NCBI GenBank assembly: GCA_048013815.1
Contig: CM106586.1
Location: forward strand, 16,988,001 to 17,052,000
Reading direction: 5' to 3'
DNA: 64,000 bases
Source: Setoptus koraiensis
Taxonomy: Eukaryota; Animalia; Arthropoda
The position numbers and the translations under genes were made by a program. Within the stretch, counting starts at the first letter, position 1. Every line of letters starts with the position of its first letter. This document shows positions 52,676 to 62,775 of the stretch, piece by piece. The notes under the pieces are model-generated. The model made no database searches. It saw only the letters and a program-made list of their open reading frames with translations, and was not told the DNA's origin.

Positions 52676-54098
52676 TCACATGGTTTTATTTAATGCTTGG
52701 AATGAGACGTTAGGTGAAACCAAATTTGACGACAATCTATTACTCTCCAATTTTCCCATAAAGGCGCTCAACTGATCTATCGAAACTACGGTTACGATAA
52801 CCAATAAATTAAGAGTGATAATATGCTTTATATCCGGTTTTATCCAATATGTTGGTCCAATGCAGCATATGTCCTCGACAAGACGTCTCAGTAGACGTAT
52901 GTCATTCTTTTTCATCGACTCGTTAAATGCATCAGGCATTTGATCCGTGTACGCATCCTTTAATCCAAAATAATAATTGTTCTCCAACAGATCCAACAAT
53001 CGTCGAGAATTCTCATGAATTCTCTGATATCCATCAACTATCATCAAAAAGAAACTTGTTGATCTGGAATAGTTCAACAGCAGACCTATGGAAACACTAT
53101 GTTTTCCTGTCCGGAATGCGTCTAACAAAGTGTAGAAGCGTGGTGGCATGCCTAGTGCTACATACAAACAAGTTATGAGGCAAGTTATGCCAGCCTTTTC
53201 TCTGATCAGTAGCATTACATCACGAACTTGCATAACGGTGTCCAAAATGACTGTCACAGGTAAGACATTCCTTCTGGCTATCAATAGAGCTATGCGATCC
53301 GACATATGCAATGTTATCCTATATATGATGTAATATATCGAGAAGTGATTGCAAACAAACATGTGCCCGTCAACCACTGGTGATAATGATTGGAACAAAG
53401 ATTTTCGTCCAGCAGTATAGCTGATATAAAATCTCCAAACGTTTATGACAACCCATATATGAATAATATAACCATAATTCCTTGCAAATTCTTCTAGACT
53501 TCTCACAAGTTTCTTGGAGATACTTCGACTTGTCCTTTCCGCCGTTTGCTCACTGCGAATTAGAGCTAATACACTGCGGGAAGAAAAAGATCACGATGTG
53601 AGTATCTCGGCTTCTGTTAACTCTAGATGGTTGAAATTTTCATACTTACCTTCTGTGGTGTATATCGCAGCCGTCACTCTTTTTCAAGATCAAATCAAAG
53701 TAATGATAATTCAACACTCCTACCACAAATGTTGCAAAACTGTTCACGAAAAAAAAAATGTGTGGAGCAAGAATCAAGAGGCAAAAACGAAACTTTTCAA
53801 CTCCAGATGAGTTTCTGATTGAGCCTAAAAATATTCCTTTCGGCAATCTAACTTCTTTGGCGACCATATTGCAATAAATGACATATCCGGTCGTGAGTAA
53901 TCGTAGGATTGTGCTGATTGCTAGAAGATTGGTTAATTTTAGTGAACCTGTTAGTTTAAATATCGATTCAATCCAATAAATGCGATCTTTCAGTGTTTTT
54001 CGTGTTTTCTCATTTCTAATTTTCTTCGGATCACCAGCGATAGAAAATTCTGTTCTTCTCTTTGGACATTCGCAATCTCGAGATTCTTTAATTGCCAT
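52676..54098 (-). CDS. Multi-TM gustatory-receptor-like gene, array copy A (448 aa if the 53649-53574 intron is spliced); exons 54098-53650 and 53573-52676
   Basis: Paralog of copies B, C and E; the two ORF-track pieces join in frame across a consensus intron. GR assignment is inferred from the hydrophobic pattern and the C-terminal TM7-like segment. Confidence 0.72.
53572..53660 (-). mobile_element. 89-bp insertion with TA duplication and imperfect CAC...GTG termini, carrying a 76-nt spliceosomal intron (Introner-like)
   Basis: Absent from paralogs B, C and E; TA at 53570-53571 and 53661-53662; donor AG|GTAAGTAT, branch CTCAC, pyrimidine tract, CAG. Confidence 0.7.
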
Positions 54099-54656
54099 TC
54101 TGAATCATCTGTTTCTTCTTTAATTTTTGTGTTCTATGATATAATAGCGATTCGAAAAAAGGCCAAACTCAACAATTGCAAATTCCGATGACAGTGCATT
54201 CACTAGACTCGGTTAGGATTTTCCAAAGAAAAGACTAGAAGTCTCGACTTTCTATCGGAGTGAATCGACATGTCGACTATATTTTATGCACGTCCATTGC
54301 GTGCTTAAAAGTATAAATTGTAGAGCTTCTGGCTCAACAATGAATACCCTTATTGCTCAACTTGTCAAGATTTGGGCCAAGCATACATGCGATGAGAGCA
54401 CTAATGTCTTATTTCTTGCCTGTTTTCTTGTATTCTAACATAGCTTGTCGATATTGAAGATGGCAACAAAAAATAAGTTCATTACGTGACAAGCGACTCC
54501 TACACTGCACGGATATATTTTGAGCGATATTCTTTGGTAGACGGTTGCGCTTAATTAGATAGTCTAGTTGGTAACTATCCTCGAATGTTCGCCGAAATGG
54601 CCATTCCACGGTAATCGCCATTTATAAGGTCGCCACAAATAGCGTGTCCGATACAT

Positions 54657-54754
54657 AGCCGTGTAATATTTGATGAATTGTCGACGGATATCGTGGCCGA
54701 CGGGTCTACTTGGCCAGAGGCCATGGCCAACAATTCATCAAATATTACACGGCT
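54657..54754. repeat. Perfect 25-bp inverted repeat with 48-nt spacer (foldback or MITE-like)
   Basis: agccgtgtaatatttgatgaattgt (54657-54681) and its exact reverse complement (54730-54754). Confidence 0.93.
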
Positions 54755-55165
54755 GAACAGGAAATCATTGATAGTAATTTATACATGATGAATATGTTTG
54801 CTTCAAATGTTGTTTGACTTTGCTTGATGCAGAATATGTGATGATTTTGGAGAAATGTTTAAGATTTTGTGCTTGAATGGACCTTAAATAGTTTTCAAAT
54901 TCGTTTTGATCGATGTCTGACATGTAATATCAACTGATGAGCGCCATTTGTGTGGGGGACGAGACTGGACAGAATGGGCGCGCAACACGTGCTTGAAATT
55001 TTATTTTTCTTATTTAGATCAACCTCAAGCCTACAACCCAGTTGGGCATGCCCAGCTTGGGCGGCCACGTGCCCGCAGCAGTAGTTGTTGGAAATGAAAT
55101 CCGACACGGCCTTGCTAATTGCGAATAAGGGTTTTGTGTCATCGTTAAATATAAGGAAAGGACAT

Positions 55166-56497
55166 TCACATGGTTTTATTTTGTAATGTAAATGAGGCGT
55201 TGTGTGAAAGTAAATTTGTCGACAATGTATTGCCCACTATTTTTTTCGCATGGTCTGATAGCTCATTCATCGAGATAACAATTGTGATAATCAATAAATT
55301 GAGAGTAATGAGTTGCCTAATATTTGTTTGCAACCAATTCGATTGTCCGATGCTGCAGATATCCTTGACCAGACGTCTCAGCAGACTGATGTCATTCTTT
55401 TTCGTCAACTCTTTCAGTGCAAAGCGCATTTGGTCCGAGTTAGCATCGGTTGTTCCAAGATAATAATTGTTCTCTAACAGATCCAACAACAGTCGAGAAT
55501 TCTCATGAATGCTCTGATATCCAACAATAACCATCAACATGCTACTTATCGTGGTGGAATAGTTCAACAATAGACACAAGAAAACACTATATTCCTCCTT
55601 CCAAATTGCTTCGATGATGGTGTAGAAGCGTCTAGCCATGTAAAATACTATATGAAAATAAGTTATGTACCAAACTATGCTGACCTGTTTTCTGATCAGT
55701 AGCATTACATCACGAGTTTGCATAACGGTGTCCAAAATTACTGTCATAGGCAGGACGTTTCTTCTGACTATCAATAGAGCTATGCGATCCGACATAGACA
55801 AATTTATCCTATATATAATGTAATATATTGAGAGGTGATTGCAAATGTTTATATAAGCGTCAGGAATTGTTGATATTGTTCGGAAAAAAGGCTTTTGTCC
55901 AACAATGTAACCGAGATAAAACCTTGGAAACATTGCACCAAACCATGTGAAAACAAAGTAACCATGATCTCTCAGGAGTTCTCTCAAACTTTTAACAATG
56001 TTTCTGAAAATACTTCGATTTGTCCTGCCCGCTGTTTGCTCACTGTGGACAGAAGCTAGCATGTCGCACCCGTCACTCTTGTTCAAAATCAAATCGAAGT
56101 AATGATAATTCAACACCCCTGGCACAAATGTTGCAATACAGTTCATGAGATAAATAATAATTGGAACAATGAGCAGAATGAAATAGCGAATCATGTCAAT
56201 TCCAGCCGAGTTCTTGAACGAGCTAAAATATTTCACTTTCGGCAACCTAGCTTCGTTGGCGTACATATTGCAAAAAACGGCATATCCGTTTATGACTAAT
56301 CGTTGAACAGTGTTGATTGCTAGCGAATTGGTTAATTTGAGTGAACCTGTTAGTCTAAATATCAATTCGATCCAATAAATACGATCCTTCAATGTTCTTC
56401 GTGTTGCTTCATTTTTGATTTTCTTTGAATCGCCAGCAATGGATCTTTCCGACCTTCTCTCTGGGTGTTCGCGATTTCGAGATTCTTCAATCGCCAT
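55166..56497 (-). CDS. Multi-TM gustatory-receptor-like gene, array copy B (443 aa, intronless)
   Basis: Intact ORF; shares TLKDRIYWIE, LNYHYFDLIL, MSDRIALLI, IHENSR.LLDLLENNYY and KNDI.LLRRLV with the other copies. Confidence 0.8.
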   Translation of the reverse strand: MAIEESRNREHPERRSERSIAGDSKKIKNEATRRTLKDRIYWIELIFRLTGSLKLTNSLAINTVQRLVINGYAVFCNMYANEARLPKVKYFSSFKNSAGIDMIRYFILLIVPIIIYLMNCIATFVPGVLNYHYFDLILNKSDGCDMLASVHSEQTAGRTNRSIFRNIVKSLRELLRDHGYFVFTWFGAMFPRFYLGYIVGQKPFFRTISTIPDAYINICNHLSIYYIIYRINLSMSDRIALLIVRRNVLPMTVILDTVMQTRDVMLLIRKQVSIVWYITYFHIVFYMARRFYTIIEAIWKEEYSVFLCLLLNYSTTISSMLMVIVGYQSIHENSRLLLDLLENNYYLGTTDANSDQMRFALKELTKKNDISLLRRLVKDICSIGQSNWLQTNIRQLITLNLLIITIVISMNELSDHAKKIVGNTLSTNLLSHNASFTLQNKTM

Positions 56498-56869
56498 TCC
56501 GAATCATCTAACTCTTTAATTTGTGTTCCACAATTCTAAATATAGTAGAGATTCGAGATCGAAGCCAGTCTCAACGCACAAATTCTTGTAAAAAAGTCCA
56601 GCGAATTCAGCAGTGAATTTACTCAATTTAGTGAGGATTCTACGAAGAACAGATTATAAGACTCGAGCTTTTGCATGCATCGATATTTTGCGTGCATAAA
56701 ATTATAAATTGTCTAGCCCATGGCTCAATATGGAGTGCGCTCCATGATTGTCTTGTCGAGATTTGGGACAAGCATTTATCTGATGAGAGCATTGATGTGT
56801 TATTTCTTCTTTGATTTCTTGTATTTTATCACTGCTTCTCTGGTGTGATTATTTAGCAATAAGAGGAAC

Positions 56870-57010
56870 ACATCTTTTACTATACAAGTGTATAATTTCT
56901 TTCTCGAAGACGTCAATTCCACCAGGATCCTGCACGAAATCGACTGCCTTCGTCAAGCTGACAAGACCTTGTGAGCAGGAATAGGTCGATCAAACACACA
57001 CAAAAGCTAC
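56870..57010 (-). pseudogene. Possible degenerate BTB/POZ fragment
   Basis: RPIPAHKVLSA followed, after a stop and frameshift, by IDVFEKEIIHLYS, resembling BTB motifs AHK.vLsa and Fe.ll.ylY. Confidence 0.3.
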
Positions 57011-57936
57011 ACTTTCTCTGTTCGTCGCAATGAAATAATTTCACAAATCTGCGTGCACCGAATGCATGTTTGCGATCAGGCACTCGCTCGGTATTCGAAA
57101 AATTTCACGAAAATCTCCTAGAGCGCTCGCTTTGCCTTGAATACAGCGGGAAAGACGAAAGATTAAATCAATTTTGAGGTAAGGTATCTCGAAAATTAGG
57201 CATTTTTCGGAACAAAAAACTTTTAGCGCACTCCGGAAGCACTAGAACTGAAAAGACGAGAGTCAGACGCCAATGAGAAATAGATATATTACGGAACTAG
57301 CGATCTAACACTTGAAAGGTATATTTTGTTGGTTTGATTTCTGGTTAGCTCCCTCGTCTCTTGAAATTCTCCAATCCAGATAACAATAACTCGATGTAGA
57401 GAACACTCACTATCTTTGAATTACTGTGAGGACTAAATGAGTGCTTTCCTCTTCAGTCTTTGTCAGTATAGTCACCAGAGACGTGCAGAATCAAATGGGC
57501 AGCGGAAACTGCTCAGAATCGGTTACTAGTATAGAATATAAATGCAGATATTCTGTGCAGAGGTTTATTCTGGCATGTAATTTTCGTTCTGGAATCGAGC
57601 TTATTACCCTACTTATGCCATAGGCGCAAATCAGCTTCACTGTATCAAATTGGGATGCTCTGATGCTTATAGATGCAGCAACATAGACCCATCTTATCAG
57701 CAGTTCGCTCTCTTGGTCAACTTTGCTAACGTACTATGGGCCCCCGAAAATCTCAATCAAGCGGACTATGATTAATCACTATTACTTATTGATACTTAGT
57801 GATAAGTCAATCGCTCAGACCAACAGTGACGCGCAGTTGCACCCAACTAATTTGTATCTGGCCAGACGAACAGGAGAACAAATATTGTTGACATTGACCT
57901 AATTGGTGGGCCCTTCTGTGTCACTGACGAGGTAAA

Positions 57937-58134
57937 TCACTTCAGCATGAAACCGATTCCAACTCGACTCTGGCCTCTTTCAGTTCTCCTGTTTCCGGAG
58001 TGTACGAAAAGTTTTTTGTTTCGAAAAATGCGTAATTTTCGAGTTGACAAAATTGTTTTCATCATTCGCATTATACGCTTGCTTTCAATGCCAACACTGT
58101 TCAATTCCTTAATATTATTATAAGCAGGCGACAA
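57937..58134 (-). mobile_element. Possible remnant of a non-LTR retrotransposon APE endonuclease
   Basis: LFVHSG...RVGIGFMLK resembles the SG...GVG(F/I)(L/M) motif of LINE/RTE endonucleases; no further ORF. Confidence 0.3.
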
Positions 58135-58182
58135 TTAAATGACTCGCATCAGAAGGGACTGATAGATATTTCGTGATGACAT

Positions 58183-59515
58183 TCACATGGTTTTATTTAA
58201 TGCTGGTAATGAGACGTTATGTGAAACCAAATTTGACGGCAATCTATTACTCTCCAATTTTCCCATGAAGGCGCTCAACTCATCTATCGAAACTACGGTT
58301 GCGATAACCAATAAATTAAGAGCGATGACATGCTTGATATTCGGTGTTAGCCAATCTGTAAGTCCGATGCAACATATGTCCTCGACGAGACGTCTCAGTA
58401 GACGTATGTCATTCTTTTTCATCGACTCGTTAAATGCATCAGGCATTTGATCCGTGTACGCACCCTTTAATCCAAAATAATAATTGTTCTCCAACAGATC
58501 CAACAATTGTCGAGAATTCTCATGAATTCTCTGATGTCCATGAACCGTCAGCGAAAAGTACCCTGTTACGCTGGTATAATTCAGCACTAGACAGAGGCCA
58601 ATAATATGTTTTCGTGTCCGGAATGCTTCTAATATGGTGTAGAAGCGTGCTGGCATGTTGATAGCCATCAGCAGATAACTTATTAAGCAGGTTATGCTAA
58701 TCTGTTGTCTGATCAGTAGCATTACATCACGAACTTGCATAACGGTGTCCAAAATGGCTGTCCTAGGCAGGACGTTTCTTCTAACAATCAACAGAGCAAT
58801 GCGATCCGACATATGCAATGTTATCCTATAAATGATGTAATAAATTGCGATGTTTTGGCTCATTATTACATGAGCGTCAGGTAGTGTTGATAATGAGTCG
58901 AATAATGATTTTTTTTCAACAATATAACTGAGATAAAATCTTGGAAACATTATGGAAAACCACATGTAAGCAATATAACCATAATTCCTTGCGAATATTT
59001 GTATACTTCTCACAAACTTTCTGATGATACTTTGACTTGTCTTGCCTTCTGTTTGCTCACTGCGAAGCAGAGCTAATATATCGCAGCCGTCACTCTTTTT
59101 CAATATCAAATCAAAGTAATGATAATTCAACAAGGCGACGACTAATGTTGCAAAACTGTTCACGAAAAAAAAAAGTATGAGGGATAAAGACCGTAAAGAA
59201 ATATCGAATCATGTCAATTCCAGCTAAGGTTTTGAATGTGCCCCAATGTATTGCTTTCGGCAACTTTCCTTCTTTGGCGATCATATTCCAATAAACGACA
59301 TATCCGAGCATGAGTAATCGGTGGACTATGTTGATTGCTTGCAGATTGGTTAATTTGAGAGCACCTGTGAGTCTAAATATCAATTCGATCCAATAAATAC
59401 GATCTTTCAATGTTCTTCGTGTTTCTTCATTTCTGATTTTCTTCGAATTTCCAGCAACAGAAAGTTCTGGTCTCCCCTTTGAATATTCGCAATCTCGAGA
59501 TTCGTCAATTGCCAT
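58183..59515 (-). pseudogene. Gustatory-receptor-like array copy C, +1 frameshift at a T10 run (59165-59174)
   Basis: 1333 nt = 444 codons + 1; removing one T restores a 443-aa paralog. Could be a real frameshift or a homopolymer error. Confidence 0.7.
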
Positions 59516-60238
59516 TGTCAATCATCTATTTCTTCGTCAATTTGTGTTCTATGATATGGTAGAGATTTGAAAAGAAGGCCAAACTCAATTTCCAATCGCG
59601 GTGTGGTCGCAAGAATCGCTGATGATTCTAAAGAGAATAGATTGGATTTCTCGATGTTCTATCGGAGTGCATCGACATATCTTCAATATCTTAACTTATG
59701 GACTTTGATGCACGTCCATTGCGTGCATCAAAGTATAAATTGTACAGCCCTCGCTTTTTATCGTGTGCACTTCGCGATTGGCTTGTCGAGATTCAGGACC
59801 AACATGCAAATGATGATTTATTTCTCGTTTGATTTCTTCTATTCAAACATTGCTTGTCAGCTACTCTGGATATGGATAATGGTAATGAAAAATAAATTCA
59901 TTACATGACAAGCGACTCCACTACACAGGTATATTTGCACGACATTTTCTGGTAGACGGTTACGCTCAATTAAATAGTCTAGTTGATCACTATTCCTTGT
60001 GTTTGATGTGAGATCAATTCCTAACGATAACTACATTTTCACGTGTCTCATCGGTCTAGTTGGTTTCTAGTAAGCTGTCTCGTTTCTTATGATGATTTGT
60101 TATCAATTACTTCAGTGCAGATAGGAGAGGAATAGTCGCTCGAAAATGACATTGTATTTATACCGTTACCCTGTTTAACATTTATAAATAATGGATGTTC
60201 TTTACATCACGGAGATAACACGTGTAAGATACCGTGGT

Positions 60239-60587
60239 AGAGTAGAGATTTTTTTGATTCAAATCATTTGATCTAAATCATGATTTGAATCGTTTGATTT
60301 GAATCAATGGTTTCAATCAATATAAATCTAGTCACAATTGAAAATTTAATTTGAATCATGGTTTAGATGGTTTGATTGAAATCAACGTGGTTTTAATTGT
60401 GTTTAATTCGAGTTTTACATTGCGCAGGCCTATTGAAATCACTGTGGTCAAAATCAATCGCAAAAAAATCTTAAAAACCATGATTTAAATAAAAAATCCA
60501 TCAAATCAACAAAGCCACTTAGACCAAAAATTCAATTTTAGCCATGACTTCACAGCTTACTGATTTAAATCTAAAAATCTGGACTCT
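60239..60587. mobile_element. Degenerate MITE-like element rich in GATTTAAATC-type motifs, ~26-bp imperfect TIRs
   Basis: Left end agagtagagatttttttgattcaaatc vs reverse complement of right end agagtccagatttttagatttaaatc; many internal (T)GATTT(G/A)AATC motifs. No TSD resolved. Confidence 0.6.
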
Positions 60588-60684
60588 TTCCAGTTATCTT
60601 CGTGATGCTAAGAAGACTTTTTATTTATGAATCACTGTGAAGACTAAATGAGCTGTTTTCTCTATAGTCTTTGTCGGTGTTGTC

Positions 60685-60897
60685 ACCGAAGGTGAGGATA
60701 CTGGCCAAGAGGATAAGGGTAGATATTTCATGCCTCATTCAGACAAATATAGACAGCGATGTTTCTGTTCGCATAATTGTAATTATAGCAATAATAACGT
60801 TAGCAAGAGCGAACGTTTTCCCATGAATTGCAGAGGCAATGTTGATTGCAATCAAAACAGATAATTCAGACAACAGACTACTACAATTAGTTGCCAG
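60685..60897 (+). pseudogene. Inverted, ungapped 213-bp copy of nAChR intracellular-loop coding sequence (source 25427-25215)
   Basis: Manual alignment gives 185/213 identities; translates as TEGEDTGQEDKGRYF...CSHNCNYSNNNVSK... with one stop. Confidence 0.93.
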
Positions 60898-60959
60898 ATT
60901 TCACCCCTCGTGGTCAGATGTTTGACTCATTTTCACATTGTTGAGTTATTTGGAACTCA

Positions 60960-61150
60960 GAGGGTAGTAGTCTTTTAGCGAAGGTTGGGATAGATATAAG
61001 CCAATTCATTCAGAAGTAGAGACAATGCTTATTTATAAATTTTATAATATATTGCATAAAAATTACAAGTAATTGTGTAAACATCAGGCACCTCCGACAA
61101 TGATCTGAAAATAGGTTGTTGTCCAATAACATAACGGGACAGGGACAAAC
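60960..61150 (-). pseudogene. Remnant of another receptor-array paralog (copy D)
   Basis: SRYVIGQQPIFRSLSEVPDVYTITCNFYAIYYKIY aligns with copy B GYIVGQKPFFRTISTIPDAYINICNHLSIYYIIY, followed by stops. Confidence 0.6.
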
Positions 61151-61419
61151 AATGCAACAAATCATAGATGAACAAAATAACCGTAATCTTCTGTGGATTT
61201 CTAAGGACTACAAATCGGATTTCCAAGTGCAATTTTGACCAGCATGCAATTCGGGAAAATATTCTGCTTTCATAAAATTCTACAGTTGCGGGATGGTTGA
61301 TCAAATGTTCTGCGAGGCCAAATAGTGTCAGTATTAGATAGAAATTTTACGAGTTTCGCATGGATTTTCGATTGGATCACTGACACAAAGAGAGATTGAT
61401 AAATATATCGGGATGATAT

Positions 61420-62775
61420 TCACATGGTTTTATTTAATGCTGGTAATGAGACGTTATGTGAAACCAAATTTGACGGCAATCTATTACTCTCCAATTTTCC
61501 CATAAAGGCGCTCAACTCATCTATCGAAACTACGGTTGCGATAACCAATAAATTAAGAGCGATGACATGCTTGATATTCGGTGTTAGCCAATCTGTAAGT
61601 CCGATGCAACATATGTCCTCGACGAGACGTCTCAGTAGACGTATGTCATTCTTTTTCATCGACTCGTTAAATGCATCAGGCATTTGATCCGTGTACGCAT
61701 CCTTTAATCCAAAATAATAATTGTTCTCCAACAGATCCAACAATCGTCGAGAATTCTCATGAATTCTCAGATATCCATCAACTGTCATCAAAAGGAAAGT
61801 TGTTGTTCTGGAATAGTCCAACAACCGACTTATGGAAACACTATGTTTTCTTGTCCGGATTGCGTCTAACAAAGTGTAGAAGCGTGATGGCATGCCTAGT
61901 GCTACGTACAGATAAGTTATGAGGCAAGTTATGCCAGCCTTTTCTCTGATCAGTAGCATTACATCACGAACTTGCATAACGGTGTCCAAAATGACTGTCA
62001 CAGGTAAGACATTCCTTCTAGCTATCAATAGAGCTATGCGATCCGACATATGCAATGTTATCCTATATATGATGTAATATATTGAGAAGTGAATGGAAAC
62101 AAATATGTGACCTTCAACCACTGTATATAATGATTGGAAGAAAGATTTCCGTCCAGCAGTATAGCTGATATAAGTTCTCCAAAAGTTTATGACAACCCAT
62201 ATATGAATAATATAACCATAATTCCTTGCAAATTCTTCTAGACTTTTCACAAGCTTCTTGAAGATACTTCGACTTGTCCTTTCCGCCGTTTGCTCACTGC
62301 GAATTAGAGCTGATATATCGCAGCCGTCACTCTTCTTCAAGATCAAATCAAAGTAATGATAATTCAACACTCCTACCACAAATGTTGCAAAACTGTTCAC
62401 GAAAAAAAAAATGTGCGGAGCAAGAATCAAGAAGCAATAACGAAACTTTTTTACTCCAGATGAGTTCTTGATTGAGCCTAAAAATATTCCTTTCGGCGAT
62501 CCAGTTGCTTTGGCGACTGGATCGCCGACCATAGTGATATAAATAGTGACATAAATGAAATATCCGATCACGAGTAGTCGTAGGATTGTGTTGATTGCTA
62601 GCGAATTGGTTAATTTGAGAGCACCTGTTAGTCTAAATATCAATTCGATCCAATAAATACGATCTTTCAATGTTCTTCGTGTTTCTTCATTTCTGATTTT
62701 CTTCAAATTTCCAGCAACAGAAAGTTCTGGTCTCCCCTTTGAATATTCGCAATCTCGAGATTCGTCAATTGCCAT
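61420..62775 (-). CDS. Multi-TM gustatory-receptor-like gene, array copy E (451 aa, intronless)
   Basis: Intact ORF from the ATG at 62775; paralog of A, B and C. Confidence 0.8.
   Translation of the reverse strand: MAIDESRDCEYSKGRPELSVAGNLKKIRNEETRRTLKDRIYWIELIFRLTGALKLTNSLAINTILRLLVIGYFIYVTIYITMVGDPVAKATGSPKGIFLGSIKNSSGVKKFRYCFLILAPHIFFFVNSFATFVVGVLNYHYFDLILKKSDGCDISALIRSEQTAERTSRSIFKKLVKSLEEFARNYGYIIHIWVVINFWRTYISYTAGRKSFFQSLYTVVEGHIFVSIHFSIYYIIYRITLHMSDRIALLIARRNVLPVTVILDTVMQVRDVMLLIREKAGITCLITYLYVALGMPSRFYTLLDAIRTRKHSVSISRLLDYSRTTTFLLMTVDGYLRIHENSRRLLDLLENNYYFGLKDAYTDQMPDAFNESMKKNDIRLLRRLVEDICCIGLTDWLTPNIKHVIALNLLVIATVVSIDELSAFMGKLESNRLPSNLVSHNVSLPALNKTM

Noticed and set aside
53642-53651. 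ATACTTACCT resembles the 5' end of U1 snRNA
   Set aside because: It is the reverse complement of the consensus donor site; no U1 body follows.
54880-55110. GC-richer patch with an acceptor-like site between receptor copies A and B
   Set aside because: It could be another captured fragment, but I found no source in the window and no recognisable peptide.
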